Shown here: positions 61,777-64,000 of the stretch, in pieces | How positions within the stretch are numbered: position 1 is the first letter of the stretch | Layout: the number at the start of each line of letters is the position of its first letter | DNA from: a virus | Taxonomy: Duplodnaviria; Caudoviricetes | DNA length: 64,000 bases | Direction: 5' to 3' (one strand) | Virus record (IMG/VR): IMGVR_UViG_3300020414_000008 | Span: 96,001-160,000 of that record | Notes under the pieces: generated by a model | Seen by the model: only the letters and a program-made list of their open reading frames with translations | Told to the model about the DNA's origin: nothing | The model's database searches: none | Program-made: the position numbers and the translations under genes

Positions 61777-62211
61777 ATGAATAAAAAAGGAAATTGGTCC
61801 CACATCCAAAAAATGAAGGGACACAAAAGTGGGTTGGAAACTCGTATAGATGAACAACTCAAACAACAAGGAATTGACGGTGAATATGAACAACACGAAG
61901 TATCATATACAGTACCAGCAACACACCACACTTACAAACCCGATTTCAAATTACCAAACGGTATCTACATTGAATCAAAGGGTTGGTTTTTACCCGAGGA
62001 CAGAAAGAAACATTTACTCATCAGAGAACAGAATCCTGAGATGGATTTACGATTTGTTTTACAGTCCCCAAACGGTAAAATATACAAAGGTTCTAAAACT
62101 ACTTACGCTCAATGGTGTGAGAAGAATGGTTTCAAATGGGCTAAAAAAGAAATACCCCAAGAATGGATTGAGGAAAAACAAAAGGAAAATTTCTTTGATT
62201 ATTCAAAATAA
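61777..62211 (+). CDS. endonuclease I (T7 gp3-like Holliday-junction resolvase)
   Basis: SGLE, YKPDFKLPNGIYIESKG.F...DRKKHLLIREQ.P..DLRFV. Confidence 0.92.
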   Translation: MNKKGNWSHIQKMKGHKSGLETRIDEQLKQQGIDGEYEQHEVSYTVPATHHTYKPDFKLPNGIYIESKGWFLPEDRKKHLLIREQNPEMDLRFVLQSPNGKIYKGSKTTYAQWCEKNGFKWAKKEIPQEWIEEKQKENFFDYSK

Positions 62212-62240
62212 TTTTGTATATTAGTGTAAGTTTATACTAA

Positions 62241-63173
62241 ATGGAAGATAGATTACTTGAATTATTGGAGTCTGTTCTTGGTAAATCCAAGAAAACATCG
62301 GGTGATAATTATGCCTTTTATTCCCCGTTTGTAGACCACTATAAACCTAAGTTAGAAGTAAATATTAGAATTACTTCTGATGGAAAGAATCCATGGCATT
62401 GTTGGATATCTGACGAAAAGGGTAGAACAATAAAAACCCTTTTTAAAAAACTTCGTGTATCTAAACAAACTTGGGATGAGTATAATAGTATATTCAGTAG
62501 AATAAACCGTTACGTTCATTCCGATAATCAGATACAGGTAAATCAAGTTGAACTTCCAAAAGAATTTAAACCACTTTACAAAAAATCAAACTCGTTTAAG
62601 TACAAACACGCTCTTAACTATTTGTTAAAACGTGGACTTAGACCTGAGGATATTGTGAAATATAATATAGGATATTGTGAAACAGGAGAATATGAAGATA
62701 AAATTATTATACCATCTTATGACGATGATGGAAAACTAAACTTTTTTGTTGGTAGGTCATTCTATCAATCAAAATACAAACACAAAAATCCAAAGGTATC
62801 TAAAGACATTGTAGGGTTTGACCTTTTAGTGAATTGGGATATACCATTGGTTTTATGTGAAGGAGCATTTGACGCAATAGCAATACGAAGAAATGCAGTT
62901 CCATTGTTTGGAAAAAGTATACAATCAAAATTAGAGAAGAAAATAATTGGAAATTCGGTAAAAAAGTTGTATATTGTATTAGATTCGGATGCTATATCTA
63001 ACGCAATAGGTCTGTCCAAGAAGTTTATGTCCTACGGGATTCAGACTCATTTGGTAGACTTAGGTGATGAGGACCCATCTGAAATGGGATATGAACGTAT
63101 AAACCAAAAAATTTATGATACACCACCACTTGATTTAAGAAAGTTAATGGAGTATCAACTATTTAACGTATGA
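62241..63173 (+). CDS. DNA primase (TOPRIM)
   Basis: IIIP...FFVGR, CEGAFDA, LDSDA, DPS. Confidence 0.9.
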   Translation: MEDRLLELLESVLGKSKKTSGDNYAFYSPFVDHYKPKLEVNIRITSDGKNPWHCWISDEKGRTIKTLFKKLRVSKQTWDEYNSIFSRINRYVHSDNQIQVNQVELPKEFKPLYKKSNSFKYKHALNYLLKRGLRPEDIVKYNIGYCETGEYEDKIIIPSYDDDGKLNFFVGRSFYQSKYKHKNPKVSKDIVGFDLLVNWDIPLVLCEGAFDAIAIRRNAVPLFGKSIQSKLEKKIIGNSVKKLYIVLDSDAISNAIGLSKKFMSYGIQTHLVDLGDEDPSEMGYERINQKIYDTPPLDLRKLMEYQLFNV

Positions 63174-64000
63174 GAAGAATAAAGTATATCGATGTCGGTG
63201 TGTCCGATATCGGAAAGATATATCACATCGCAGATGTGCATATCAGAAACCTTCAACGACACAAAGAATACCGTGAGGTATTTTCCAACCTTTATGGATA
63301 CATCTTATCCACAATGAGGGAAAATGACATCATTTATATCGCAGGTGATATCGTACACGCAAAAACTGATATGTCACCTGAGGTTGTTGATTTAACTCAA
63401 GAATTTTTATGTAAGTTATCAGACTTACTACCAACTATCGTAATTCCTGGCAATCACGACGCAAATCTAAACAATACTTCAAGATTGGACGCTCTTAGTC
63501 CTATCATAAAAGCATTAGACCACCCAAACTTACACTATGTAAAAGATACAGGTGCAGTTGGAATCGGTGGTTACACGTTTGTACACAAATCAATATGGGA
63601 TAAGTCAGAAGGATTCCCACCTGCTACAGACTACAAGAAAAACAATGGACGAATTGCAATGTTACACGGTCCTGTTGATAACATTGAAACTGAACACGGA
63701 TTTGTAATACAGAATCAAAATGTAAAAGTATCACACTTTGAAAATTATGATTTAGTATTGTTAGGTGATATCCATAAACCAAACAACGAGGTAATGGGTA
63801 AATCACATATCAAATATTCTGGCTCATTGATAGTTCAAAATCACGGTGAAGCTAAATATCCTATTCACGGTATCTTAGTTTGGGATATGAAAAATCTAAA
63901 AAGTGAATTTGTTCCAATACACAATGATTATGGATATGTGACTGTTGATATTGAAAATGGTAAAATAGTATCTGACAATTATATGCCTAATAAACCAAGA
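63170..64000 (+). CDS. SbcD/Mre11/gp47-like nuclease, 3'-partial (not in ORF track)
   Basis: HIADVH, AGDIVH, PGNHD, LHG, LGDIH, YSGSL; runs off the window. Confidence 0.9.
   Translation, partial: MRRIKYIDVGVSDIGKIYHIADVHIRNLQRHKEYREVFSNLYGYILSTMRENDIIYIAGDIVHAKTDMSPEVVDLTQEFLCKLSDLLPTIVIPGNHDANLNNTSRLDALSPIIKALDHPNLHYVKDTGAVGIGGYTFVHKSIWDKSEGFPPATDYKKNNGRIAMLHGPVDNIETEHGFVIQNQNVKVSHFENYDLVLLGDIHKPNNEVMGKSHIKYSGSLIVQNHGEAKYPIHGILVWDMKNLKSEFVPIHNDYGYVTVDIENGKIVSDNYMPNKPR

Overview
A 64-kb AT-rich, gene-dense segment, all coded on the + strand, of a large tailed dsDNA phage (myovirus-like: gp25, gp6/J and gp5-like baseplate genes, gp55-like sigma, primase, SbcD/gp47, endonuclease I). The host is probably Bacteroidota, inferred from about 17 TTTGG-N19-TAnnTT promoters, a DUF4494 gene and a Bacteroidota-like ClpS. 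The left ~44 kb is accessory. It holds a proteostasis set (GroES/EL, J-domain, Hsp20, ClpP, ClpS, AAA+/VWA), glycan, sulfation and oxygenase enzymes, thyA, uvsE, several nucleases, three tRNAs and a ~1.2-kb origin-like non-coding region. The right ~20 kb is tail/baseplate and replication genes. The most striking unannotated structure is a nine-copy element of fixed geometry, TTTAACA-N4-TTTAACA-N7-TTTGG-N19-TATmTT. It often carries an internal stem-loop, often supplies the stop codon of the upstream gene, and delimits accessory gene cassettes. One copy drives a ~95-nt multi-hairpin RNA followed by a 55-aa ArfA-like ORF that is missing from the ORF track. All protein calls come from motif recognition by eye, not database searches.
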